DNA of 63,794 nt, the filler included, from Stramenopiles sp. TOSAG23-3 (Eukaryota): the NCBI GenBank assembly GCA_900128585.1. It is 9 parts of 9 records of this genome, joined end to end, with 100 filler letters (N's around TTAATTAATTAA, not from the genome) between each part and the next. Parts side by side here need not be neighbours in the genome. Positions count along the whole stretch, not along the records: positions 9,833 to 19,561 come from LT642887.1; positions 19,662 to 29,379 come from LT642888.1; 7 more parts are not named here. One strand, given 5' to 3'. Position numbers and translations under genes: made by a program. The notes beneath the pieces are model-generated. The model did not search any database and had not been told where the DNA came from. It saw only the letters and a list, made by a program, of their open reading frames with translations. Positions 13,101 to 21,476 of the stretch are shown here, piece after piece (position 1 is the first letter of the stretch; each line of letters begins with the position of its first letter).

Positions 13101-13513
13101 CTGGTGCTAGTGCGCAAAATAGGACTGGCGAGGCCGCCGTATTTGCCGCAGAAGCTGCGGAGAAAAAGGCGAAGAAAAAGGATGCCGCAATGCGGCGCAT
13201 CTTGCAAAAGGGGTTCTTGTGTTACAAACATGCCGCCCGAACTACCAAAAGGCAGCGAAGATATTTTTACGTTACTGGTGATTTCCAGCATTTTGCTTGG
13301 AGACCACTCCAGCGGGGTTCCACGGACAGCAAACGTTACCCCATCAGTGACATACAAAGTATTGAGAAAGGAAACCGCGACGGGCTTGCTGTAGCGGATG
13401 ATGCACTGGTGCTGTCATTGGTGCTGACGAAACGAAACGTTGACTTAGAATTTGAAGACCAAGCCACGAGAGATGAAGTTTTAGAAGCGTTTTTGTGGCT
13501 TTTGGACCAGTGA
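10196..13513 (+). CDS. Multidomain signalling/scaffold protein: N-terminal ubiquitin-like folds, EF-hand-like helical region, S-rich linker, CUE domain, C-terminal PH domain
   Basis: 1105-aa ORF. GKMNYDEFLNAL and LGYKEWMTFVQDF are EF-hand-like; QLHEVFPDMSIEECVQFLQINNNDLQKAM is CUE-like; KGFLCYKH...RRYFYV...LDLEFEDQATRDEVLEAF-type C-terminus is PH-like. Confidence 0.75.
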   Translation: MEVNSRAEAWKQSEMLRIAQEDGEFLGFVEISGNDVRTLAQVRQRMGDELDNTPKKFNFLLPDGVPVSLRQEKNILASDFLPHLTIRRGGSAPGASNKISVDFNGDRLSTWITADYTFGQLRKDSARYFNVSAGDVLLQDGEGCAWPEQARIESMFSDDSNDQPGVHLVLKASHRLTRTNSPTDELGGRPRGTKSAAPGFLKVPGSVQSAPARLASAASSDLDVESELWRIFTYYCVHGDAKEVEHLRRHQWLQLMRDVHLLGTGPAARTPAAEFRVIYSAETRGKTGSSGKMNYDEFLNALMNVSNRACTAGSGNLVPSRDALEAAFCELLVEYIMPNAYRWNTEVWDAQTQQLRLPEVVETLGVFKNALYDIFRFYSPADESPKQFSEFGLCLGYKEWMTFVQDFDFKNSLALSLQQIGEVFLAACHGGNSVLEEIGGHPEESVRMSGQRVRPARYAMTVRGTNGDGAKTIFKDTTVQRARNRIYFGNFCDAIMRTALFAFDGMTDENGEVTPENMIKALFQGLSRTLSRSRITRILSKRRYSCIHPRGLMKGTMALNAKYLTMWKQDGCCDYLHRERTSNDYIDSALGRSLTGTRRRGRRTTIEDISSPINRAPSLRGKIGTGSNNAKFSPSLKHTSPTNGTAAWSLSEAPLTLDGKHGKQNRIPRNFHNTGRSLLAKLLDSQNSQNQIEYSNVGGAGGRGPSVNQASPTLSMESMEVKSPDGNLIGGQSESDGLAKTVSVSLLSPNVMGGSGNERTTAFQPNMLLARNMSSKSIVNSGNSSQNGSPTSRYSGPQQAVEDGTNSKGYDYGKLFERRSESLNKGMGKSKSVRALSPKQRSIIDKDVHLRASKSSPVMNPSSPKQAILVGNNSTGAGSSKSSFGSKSSGGSGKSLEPAESFSNRPASQLHEVFPDMSIEECVQFLQINNNDLQKAMAIIMDNSVGHAKNLVADAHAHAVVRSMVQDSSGASAQNRTGEAAVFAAEAAEKKAKKKDAAMRRILQKGFLCYKHAARTTKRQRRYFYVTGDFQHFAWRPLQRGSTDSKRYPISDIQSIEKGNRDGLAVADDALVLSLVLTKRNVDLEFEDQATRDEVLEAFLWLLDQ

Positions 13514-13656
13514 ACTAATTTAAGTTATCGGTTCACAAGTATGAAAAGTTTACGATGGAAAGCGCTCAGCTTCTGAAGGAGCAGCAGAAAACGTTAGTCT
13601 TGATTACTTCTCTTTTAGTCTCGTACATAATAAGAATTAACATTATGTGATATCAT

Positions 13657-13706
13657 AAAAAACAAGAAAATTGGCTGTTATTTAAGTAATTAAATTTAGC
13701 TTCATC
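13657..13706 (-). repeat. Dispersed 3'-intergenic element copy
   Basis: Reverse complement reads GATGAAGCTAAATTTAATTACTTAAATAACAGCCAATTTTCTTGTTTTTT. Confidence 0.9.
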
Positions 13707-14075
13707 ACATATAAGAATCAAAATTAGATTGTGCTATAAGAAAAATTTATACAGTAAGTTATAAATCAATTACGAGATGGATTTTCTAGTTCCTTAGGCC
13801 ATAACATTAATATTAAAATTGGACTACCAGAAAGCGATTGGTTCTACATAGCCTTTGTTTTTGGTGTGGCTTTGTTAGTATACTTGTACATAAATAAATA
13901 ATGTAAGTGGTTTTCTTTTTTTTAATTACAACAATAAATGCGAATTCTCCTCTTCCTTCTATTTCTCTACGTTTGTTGCTACCCGGATTTAGTAAAATCC
14001 CCTTGGATAAAAGTACCTTACGACGATGGCACGTCTTACTTTCATAATCGTCTCACGTTGAAAGATATTGATTGT

Positions 14076-14429
14076 TTACATCCTATATGAATCTTGGACA
14101 TTACAAAAGGAAGTCAGACACTTAGACAAGTAAAAACCTAAATCATGCTTCTTGTATTCAAACAATTTTTCTAGTTTGTAATTATTGTTATCAATAAATT
14201 CTCTCTCTTTGCGAAATTTTTTTTGTTCACTATCAGGGATATATGCATTATTTAATAGGTCTCCTAATATTTCTTCTGGCGGTTCTATATACTCGCATAA
14301 CGCAACAAAGGTTTCCCACGGTACCATTTTCCACATATTGCGAATCTGAATACTTTTGTCTTCATCAAGAAAATGATTTATATCAAATTTCATCCCTGTT
14401 GTAGTATAATGGAACTTTAAACATTCCAC
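14076..14429 (-). CDS. Small orphan protein in lower-GC island
   Basis: 117-aa ATG-initiated ORF in AT-rich DNA with globular-protein composition; overlaps the upstream small ORF by 13 nt. Confidence 0.5.
   Translation of the reverse strand: MECLKFHYTTTGMKFDINHFLDEDKSIQIRNMWKMVPWETFVALCEYIEPPEEILGDLLNNAYIPDSEQKKFRKEREFIDNNNYKLEKLFEYKKHDLGFYLSKCLTSFCNVQDSYRM
14089..14120 (+). repeat. 32-bp direct repeat, copy 1 (partner 17344-17375)
   Basis: GAATCTTGGACATTACAAAAGGAAGTCAGACA vs GAATCTTGGACACTACAATAGGAAGTCCGACA, 29/32 identical. Confidence 0.85.
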
Positions 14430-14614
14430 ATTTGATGCATATACAGCGTCAATGAAGTGATATAAACCTTTGGACGTTGGTTTCTGTCACAGTAACGTCT
14501 GTATTTGTTGACGACCTTTTCGGATTCTTTCTTCAACTCGTTGTACTTGTGCAATTCGGACTGCATACGTTTTCTGGAAAACAACAAACGGTGTAGAAAG
14601 TCTTTGCACACCAT
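14417..14614 (-). CDS. Small basic orphan ORF in lower-GC island
   Basis: About 65 aa from ATG 14614, packed between the 478-aa and 117-aa ORFs on the same strand. Confidence 0.35.
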   Translation of the reverse strand: MVCKDFLHRLLFSRKRMQSELHKYNELKKESEKVVNKYRRYCDRNQRPKVYITSLTLYMHQMWNV

Positions 14615-14655
14615 CACACAATGAGTGATTCTGATGTTGTGAATACCAGAGTGTT

Positions 14656-16092
14656 TTACACGACCTGGGCCACAGCAGTGTTCGAATCATGTGTAGGGGC
14701 TGGTTCTGGTTTATCCAGAGGATCTCCTGTCGCTGCAATCTCTGGCAGGAACGAAGGACGTCTTACGCGATTGTACGTGTAATCATTAACTGGTAAATTT
14801 AAACAGGTACCTAACCAAATGATGCACCAAAAAAACCCCATTGTTCCACTTACTATTACTATTACTAGTATATTATTTTCTACAAGACGATTGAAGTGTC
14901 GATCGTACTTCGACATCACACCTAAGAAATAATAGAACCACCAGTATATAGGATTCAAGAACACAAACAATGCAGTCAAGATAACTAACCACATACGATA
15001 TCCAATATCACCTTCCTTATATCTAAATTTTTCCAAATTTACATAATTTTTTTTAAGTTTCGCCAAACCAGGGCCACTGCTCTCAACTTCTTGGCCAGAA
15101 TCAACGGAAATTACGATCCCTTGCTCTGCCTCAAGACCATCATTTTTATTTTTCCCCACATCTGTATGAAGAATAACATGTACTTCCGGTGGAGGGCCTT
15201 TAGCATTTTCAATCTGGCGTTCAGCCATGTCCCATAAACCTTCGCGCGGTGGCGCACCCGCGCCACTTCCCATGGTATGAGCAGAATAGATGATACCTTC
15301 ACTGTTAAATATAGCCCACTTGTTCTTTTCTGGATAGCCAATAGCACTACCATTTTCAAAACCAATAAATAAATCTGGATTTGATTCATGTTTATAAATA
15401 CCTTGCATACATCCAATAGAATAAGTATCACCAGGAGCAGCGCCTGTCACCACTTGAGATAGAGTGTGGCATTCTGAATGTGGCGGCAGTGCACTTGGAT
15501 CAAATACATAGATACCGTTGCACTCTGTAAACCCTGCTTTCGATACTTCAAGTTTAGATCCTGCTTCAATATCTATTGATTCGATATAAACATCCGGAAT
15601 ACCTTGTAAACCAAAACCTGGGTATGTTGCCAAGTCTCCATTTTCGACGTATGTGCAGAAATATGCAGTACATTTTTGCTTTGGTGTACGAAGATCTATG
15701 CGTGGCGATGTACGATAGGCAACAATTTTTTTGGGACCAAAGTATTCTTTAGCCATATAAGTAGTGTAATCTGCCTGGTTGAATCTCTGTACCATTCGAT
15801 ATGCTTGTTCGAATGTATAATTTAGTACATGAACACCGTCAGGAAACCACTCATCCTGGAGTGAACACTTACAAGGGTTTAAACCAATACACCAAAAAAA
15901 AGGAAGTATAAGCCAAGGAAGTATCCCACCCACGCAAAACACTAAACTTAAGTAAAAACCCACAACAATACTTCTACCAAGGATATGACAACATTTACCT
16001 TTTGAAGGATTCTTTTGGAGCTCGGAGTCACTGAATATATATTTGGGACTGTTGTAGTGCCAAATAAGTTTGGTTTGACTAAATTGTGACAT
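14656..16092 (-). CDS. Multi-pass membrane protein of unknown function
   Basis: 478-aa ORF with hydrophobic segments near both ends and a central V.KAG....NG.Y ... PP..G.W ... GPPP.V module; AT-richer codons than neighbouring host genes. Confidence 0.8.
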   Translation of the reverse strand: MSQFSQTKLIWHYNSPKYIFSDSELQKNPSKGKCCHILGRSIVVGFYLSLVFCVGGILPWLILPFFWCIGLNPCKCSLQDEWFPDGVHVLNYTFEQAYRMVQRFNQADYTTYMAKEYFGPKKIVAYRTSPRIDLRTPKQKCTAYFCTYVENGDLATYPGFGLQGIPDVYIESIDIEAGSKLEVSKAGFTECNGIYVFDPSALPPHSECHTLSQVVTGAAPGDTYSIGCMQGIYKHESNPDLFIGFENGSAIGYPEKNKWAIFNSEGIIYSAHTMGSGAGAPPREGLWDMAERQIENAKGPPPEVHVILHTDVGKNKNDGLEAEQGIVISVDSGQEVESSGPGLAKLKKNYVNLEKFRYKEGDIGYRMWLVILTALFVFLNPIYWWFYYFLGVMSKYDRHFNRLVENNILVIVIVSGTMGFFWCIIWLGTCLNLPVNDYTYNRVRRPSFLPEIAATGDPLDKPEPAPTHDSNTAVAQVV

Positions 16093-16309
16093 GTCTCCAA
16101 GTTACTTTTTCCCTTTCGTGATTATAGAGTTAAGGAAACAAACAAACAAACACTTATGTTGCTTCGGTCCTTTGCAAATTACTTTTCCAACTTGAGTTTT
16201 AATGCTGTTCAACGTCTGTTTTCTTATTAGTCGTCGCAAACGTGTGCGAGTAGCGCGCGTGCCAGCGTGCATTGTGAAAAAAATATCGAATGTTACTTTA
16301 TCTCGAAGG

Positions 16310-16528
16310 ATGAGGAATAAAATGTACTATACATTTACGAATCCAAGATATCGAGATGAATTCCTGAAAAGAGAAAAGAGTAAACCCGTTAAACGGATGA
16401 AGAACCGTTTAATTGTCCAGTTGACACTGAATTCCATGGCACAGCATAATTTCTTGAAAGAAAGGAGATCTGAAAAACATCCTCCATCCGCGAAGAAATA
16501 TAATTTATGTTGTCTGAAAAATGGATAG
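16310..16528 (+). CDS. Possible small basic orphan protein
   Basis: ATGs at 16310 and 16322, K/R-rich; no recognisable domain. Confidence 0.3.
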   Translation: MRNKMYYTFTNPRYRDEFLKREKSKPVKRMKNRLIVQLTLNSMAQHNFLKERRSEKHPPSAKKYNLCCLKNG

Positions 16529-17343
16529 TATGAATTTAGCAGCAAATTTGATTACAAGCTAAATTAATAAAGAAAAGAAGAGTGTAGTCAACATGGAAAT
16601 AACATTAATAACACCTCCTCCTCCTCCTCGTAGTACTATAATAATAAGAGAAGAGGAAGAAGGAGGAGTAGTAATAATGACAACAATATTATTACTGCGA
16701 CGACGATTGATATGCCATCGAGGCATATTGGTATTTTTGAAGAAAACTTTCCAAGGAAGGAAGAGTGAGTTTTGGACTCAATCAATAATAAAATTAATAA
16801 AGTTATATCGTTCAAATTAAAGTAAGATCGAACAAATTTGATAACGTGTACTAGTTCGTACTCTGAGTGCCTATAAAGAAATTATGACATGGGCACAGCA
16901 TTGCGGAAAACTGGTGTTTTGAAGCAAAGAGCAACTTGGCTGGTGTTGTGTATCTGTATGTCGTCGTAATTGATTTTACAACAATTTTTTTATCACTAAC
17001 GTATAGCACTAAATCAATTTAGGGAATTCAATATCCAATTTAAAATATCAACCAAAGCCAGAATAAAAGCACTGGTATGCGGAGGATCGGGACCATCGAT
17101 AAGATGGCGGATGCGAGAATGAGCAGGAAGAGAATTGGCAACATTTGTTATTGCGTGGAAAAAAATACATTTTTTCTATTAAAAGACATTTTTATCACGT
17201 TGCTCCTCCTGTTCCTGTTTTTTGTTTTTAAAGTTCACACACTCTTTCTGCGCTTTATTTTAACTGCAAGGGGTCGTTGTAGTCAAATTTACGACACTAA
17301 CACGCAAAAAGTGAAGTAAAAAAAATAGCGATGCAAAATAGGA

Positions 17344-17375
17344 GAATCTTGGACACTACAATAGGAAGTCCGACA
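17344..17375 (+). repeat. 32-bp direct repeat, copy 2 (partner 14089-14120)
   Basis: 29/32 identity to 14089-14120. Confidence 0.85.
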
Positions 17376-17554
17376 TACACTTGGGATAATCTTGAGAGTC
17401 TTAAAACATACTATATCATTTAGTTTTTTTTTAAGAATTATAAAAAATCTGCGCTTACCTCAATTATAGCGCAGCATAAATTGCATTTTAAATTGGCACC
17501 CGCGCGCCTACTGCATCGGTTCGCGAATACGCTCTCTCAAAATCTTGAGGACTT

Positions 17555-19408
17555 CTAACTTTGAGACAACAAGCGCGTCCGCAAGTCATTCGTCATCTGC
17601 TGGAAGCCTTCCTGTATCGGGTCGTTGAAAAATACTTTTATCAAGGGCGAGATTGGGCCGTAATTAATATCAAAGTGGCGAAGGTAGACGGAGTTGTCCT
17701 TTTCTTGCAACTCGAAACATCTTCGTGTTCCAAGAATGTACTTTTGAAAAGGTTTAGGGACCATTTGATATGCCCAGCAAACTCTTTCGTTTTCCACAAC
17801 TTCGAGAATTTCGAAGTTCAACTTCATCGTGGAATATTGGGACGTCCCAGGTTGTCTTAAATTGACGCCAAGAAGTGCAGCGTTGCCTACCGTCAACGGA
17901 GAAGGGGTTTTGACGTTTGTTGTAAACGTGTTCCATTCGGGGTATGATTCGAAGTCGACAAGTGTTCGGTAAACATCCGTCACCGTTGCAGACGACTCCG
18001 GGCCAACCACTTCTTCCCAGTGGGTCTCGACTACAATTTTATACCGCATTAACACGAACACGTATACGTACACTGCAAGACAGACCTTGCAGAAATGTAC
18101 GAATGCGAATTCTCTTCCGTTAATAGCAGGCACCCGTGCTTCTGAAGGAGAGGAACACTGACTCTCGGAGTATACAAACGAACCCTTAGGAAACTCGGGG
18201 TTCTCCTTGTAGTAGGACAACGTCTGCTCGAAGGCTTCTTGTTTCGTGTAACGAGGAGTGTAATCGAGGTCCTTACGTGCCGCCTTGCCAGTGGCAGAAA
18301 ACGAAAGGCATGTTCCTTGAACGGCCTCTCGCGTCAACAAAAGTGTGCGCGTTCCTAACCCGCAACGCAGCAGCGCATGGTTACACGCTTCTACCAGCCA
18401 CGCTACGTAATACATGAAATGATAAGGGAGCGGGATAGTCGCGACTTTGTACCCCTTTGCTTTGAGGTAAGGCTCGGAAAAGTGGAAAAAATTGCAAACT
18501 GGTGTATCGTCTGTGGCAAAGTACACTTTTCCATGGCACCGCTTAGGTGCCTCTAAGAGAGTTTTCATTGCGCATATATGCAGATGAGCTACGTTTCCGG
18601 CATAACAACGTTGAAAGATCGCGTCTCCCAACCCAATCTTGAACCAGTTCGCAGCGCCAGCGTCGCGAGCTGCCGCAAGCTCGGCGGTAATGTGATACAG
18701 GCTTCTCTCCCCATAAATTCCGGGGGGGCGTAAAACGCACAGGGGCAATGAGCCCGACTTGCAGGTCTTCAAACACATTTTTTCAGCTTCAATTTTGCTT
18801 TTAACGTAAACAGAGTGTCCCGCTTTCCCAGCATACGGCGCGGTCTCCTCTGCGCCCAGCAACCCTGGCAAATTGTCGGGGAAAACAACGTCGAGAGAAG
18901 ACGTGTATATGAGGCCTTGAACAGAGGACACTGCGTGTGCGCATTCCACTACGTTGCGGGTACCTTCGACATTGACTTTCCAAACGACACTGCTCGGGAT
19001 GTTTCCGAAGTCAACAACACTGCAGGCATGAAGGACTATGGTACAGCCAAGCATTGCATTTCGGACTTCTTCTTTGTTGGTTATATCCCCTTGGATGTAT
19101 TCTATACCTGCCCCAAGTTTATCGGCGGTCCGCTTCTCCTCAAAAGGCAAGTCACCTAAGCGTTCGAACGGCTTTTTGTCAAAGACTACAATTCGAGATA
19201 CACCCAATTGCCGAGAGATAGCACCATTACAAAGCTCCTCTACTATGTGGGTCCCCAACATACCTGAGCCACCAGTGACCAAAACCGCGACGTCCCGTAC
19301 CCCCTCCCCCTTCCCTGTAATCGGCACCGCCATTTTGCCCCCACTCCCATCGCAAACACCTGCCGTGGCACGCCTGGTGGGAGTTTTCCTTCGCCTCCTT
19401 TGCACCAT
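17555..19408 (-). CDS. 3-beta-hydroxysteroid dehydrogenase-like extended SDR (NSDHL/ERG26 family) fused via a TM helix to a SRPBCC/polyketide-cyclase domain
   Basis: VLVTGGSGMLG Rossmann motif, VNVEGTRNV, YTSS, catalytic YVKSK, LRPPGIYG; C-terminal DVYRTLVDFESYPEWNTF...GFQQMTNDLRTRL is typical SRPBCC. Confidence 0.9.
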   Translation of the reverse strand: MVQRRRRKTPTRRATAGVCDGSGGKMAVPITGKGEGVRDVAVLVTGGSGMLGTHIVEELCNGAISRQLGVSRIVVFDKKPFERLGDLPFEEKRTADKLGAGIEYIQGDITNKEEVRNAMLGCTIVLHACSVVDFGNIPSSVVWKVNVEGTRNVVECAHAVSSVQGLIYTSSLDVVFPDNLPGLLGAEETAPYAGKAGHSVYVKSKIEAEKMCLKTCKSGSLPLCVLRPPGIYGERSLYHITAELAAARDAGAANWFKIGLGDAIFQRCYAGNVAHLHICAMKTLLEAPKRCHGKVYFATDDTPVCNFFHFSEPYLKAKGYKVATIPLPYHFMYYVAWLVEACNHALLRCGLGTRTLLLTREAVQGTCLSFSATGKAARKDLDYTPRYTKQEAFEQTLSYYKENPEFPKGSFVYSESQCSSPSEARVPAINGREFAFVHFCKVCLAVYVYVFVLMRYKIVVETHWEEVVGPESSATVTDVYRTLVDFESYPEWNTFTTNVKTPSPLTVGNAALLGVNLRQPGTSQYSTMKLNFEILEVVENERVCWAYQMVPKPFQKYILGTRRCFELQEKDNSVYLRHFDINYGPISPLIKVFFNDPIQEGFQQMTNDLRTRLLSQS

Positions 19409-19561
19409 CTTACAGCTCCTGCAACAAAACGTAAAAAGAAATGGAAACGAACAAAAGCTGCCCGTCTGGTTTGAACGATAGCCGGTTGGCTCTAAAGAAG
19501 TGCGTTCCGTTTTTTTCTTCTGCTTCGGTCTTTCCTCTTCTCCTCCCCCTCCTCCTCCTTC

Positions 19562-19661
19562 NNNNNNNNNNNNNNNNNNNNNNNNNNNNNNNNNNNNNNN
19601 NNNNNTTAATTAATTAANNNNNNNNNNNNNNNNNNNNNNNNNNNNNNNNNNNNNNNNNNNN
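19562..19661. other. Artificial contig linker
   Basis: N44-TTAATTAATTAA-N44. Confidence 0.99.
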
Positions 19662-20080
19662 CTCGAGTTTCAAAAAAGGGGGGACATTCTTCATACCCTA
19701 ATAAATAAATCCAAAATTGAGCTAAAAGGTACAATAGTGTAGTTTTTTAGTACTATAATATTATATTACAGAGTACATCATAGTACCTTCTAAAATAATA
19801 AAAATCCAAAAAATCTTCTTGGACATTGAAAGAAATCCGAATTACACCCTAAACATTACACAGCAGGGGTTTTCACGCGCCTAAGTTAAAGCACTCCACC
19901 AGAGTTGCTCATTTGGCTCGTCGTTTGGCTTTCGATACATGTAAACCAGCTGATCTACGAAATTGCTCGGCAGTACCTTCGAAACGAAGAGCACTGGCCT
20001 GGATGAAAAGATAGAATTAAAGCAGCACAGTCTTACGATCCCGTAATTTACCCACAAAATAAACAACCAACAAACTCAAA

Positions 20081-21254
20081 ATGAAACTATCTTTTGTTTG
20101 CCTGGCTCTCATTGCAGTCACTTTAATGTCTGGTGTAGCTCACGGAGCTGGAGGACTCGTCGGAAACAAGCTTTCTGCACAAATGAGAGCCCGATCATCG
20201 TTATCCGCTAACCCTCGTCATCAAAGCCATGGGGGATTTAGTACTCAGAACGTGAAGGCCCTGTTCGAATCGAAAAAAAAAGAAGGCGGAGACTGAGGAG
20301 GCCGAGGTGAGTAAGGCGTCCGAAGCTGTTGCCAAAAAGGAGGAGTCAGAAGAAAAAGAGGCACAGGAAAAGGCAACAGATGCTATGAAATCACCACCAC
20401 CGGAACTCAAGGGAAGCGTAGAGATGGGTGGTGTATCGCAGAGTGATTTGAACACAGACAAGGGGAAAAAAACGATGAAGAAAGAGATTGCTGAATCATT
20501 GGGTGTCCGAGAAGACCAGGTACAAGACGTACAGGTCGAAGCAGGCAGTCGCAGGCGTCGATTGCTAGGAAGCCCCAGAGGCGCAAAGGTTACCTATAAA
20601 GTAAAGGGGGTCACCGAAAAGCAGAAATCTGATGCCGAAGCGAAGGCGAAAGACCCCAAATTCAAGGAAGACATGAAGAAAGGCGCGAAAGCCGCTACTG
20701 GGAAAACAGTGACAGTCAAAGCAGTCGAAGCAAGACCCCCGCCTTTACCCAAAAATTGCGGCGAGGTTATGACCTTTATTGCAGAACATCCCGATATACC
20801 TAAAAAAGTGAAGTCTATGTTCCACCTAGCAGGTGGAAAAACAGAATCGTCAACTTGCGATTTTGGCAAAGCGGGGGGGACATGTATTGCTTGCGTTGAA
20901 ATCAGAGTGACTTGCGGTAAGATACTTGAGATGATGAAAGAAAGTATGCCGCCAGAGCGCGCACCTCTACCATATGCATCCGGAAAAACTGCAAGTACTA
21001 CCTGCAAGATGACTAAAGAAGAGAACACTTGCATGCAGTGCTTTGATATGCCGGGCCCAAAGAATTGTGGCGATGTGAAAAAAATGATGATTGAACAGGC
21101 AAAAGACGACGGGACGAAAAAAGCCTTTGAAAACATGGCATATGCACCCGGGATTACAGCAAACACTAAATGCAGCGGTCATACCTGCAGTAAATGTTTC
21201 GGTCCAGACTCTGGCTCTGGCTCTGGCTCAGGTTCAGGCAGGCCCCAGCATTAA
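20081..21254 (+). CDS. Secreted protein with RRRRLL motif and three 4-Cys repeats; split by a +1 frameshift at A9 (20273-20281)
   Basis: Signal peptide MKLSFVCLALIAVTLMSGVAHG; removing one A joins ORFs 20081-20296 and 20307-21254 (ESKKKKAETEEAEVSK) into 390 aa; ends in a (GS)n tail. Confidence 0.8.
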
Positions 21255-21476
21255 ATAGAAGAGCGAGAGGCTAAAAATCTACGAATTTCACATTAAACTT
21301 GCCTTTCAAGAAAAAACAAAATATAGGCCTGGGTTAATTTCTAAAGAATTTCTTAACGCATTTTTATTAAATGTCACAAAAAGGGAAGTGTAAATCGTGT
21401 AAATCCCGGGGGACCTTGAGAATCTGAAACCTTTTTCTGCTAAATTTCCTTAATTAAAAAGAATTGTTACCTCTTA

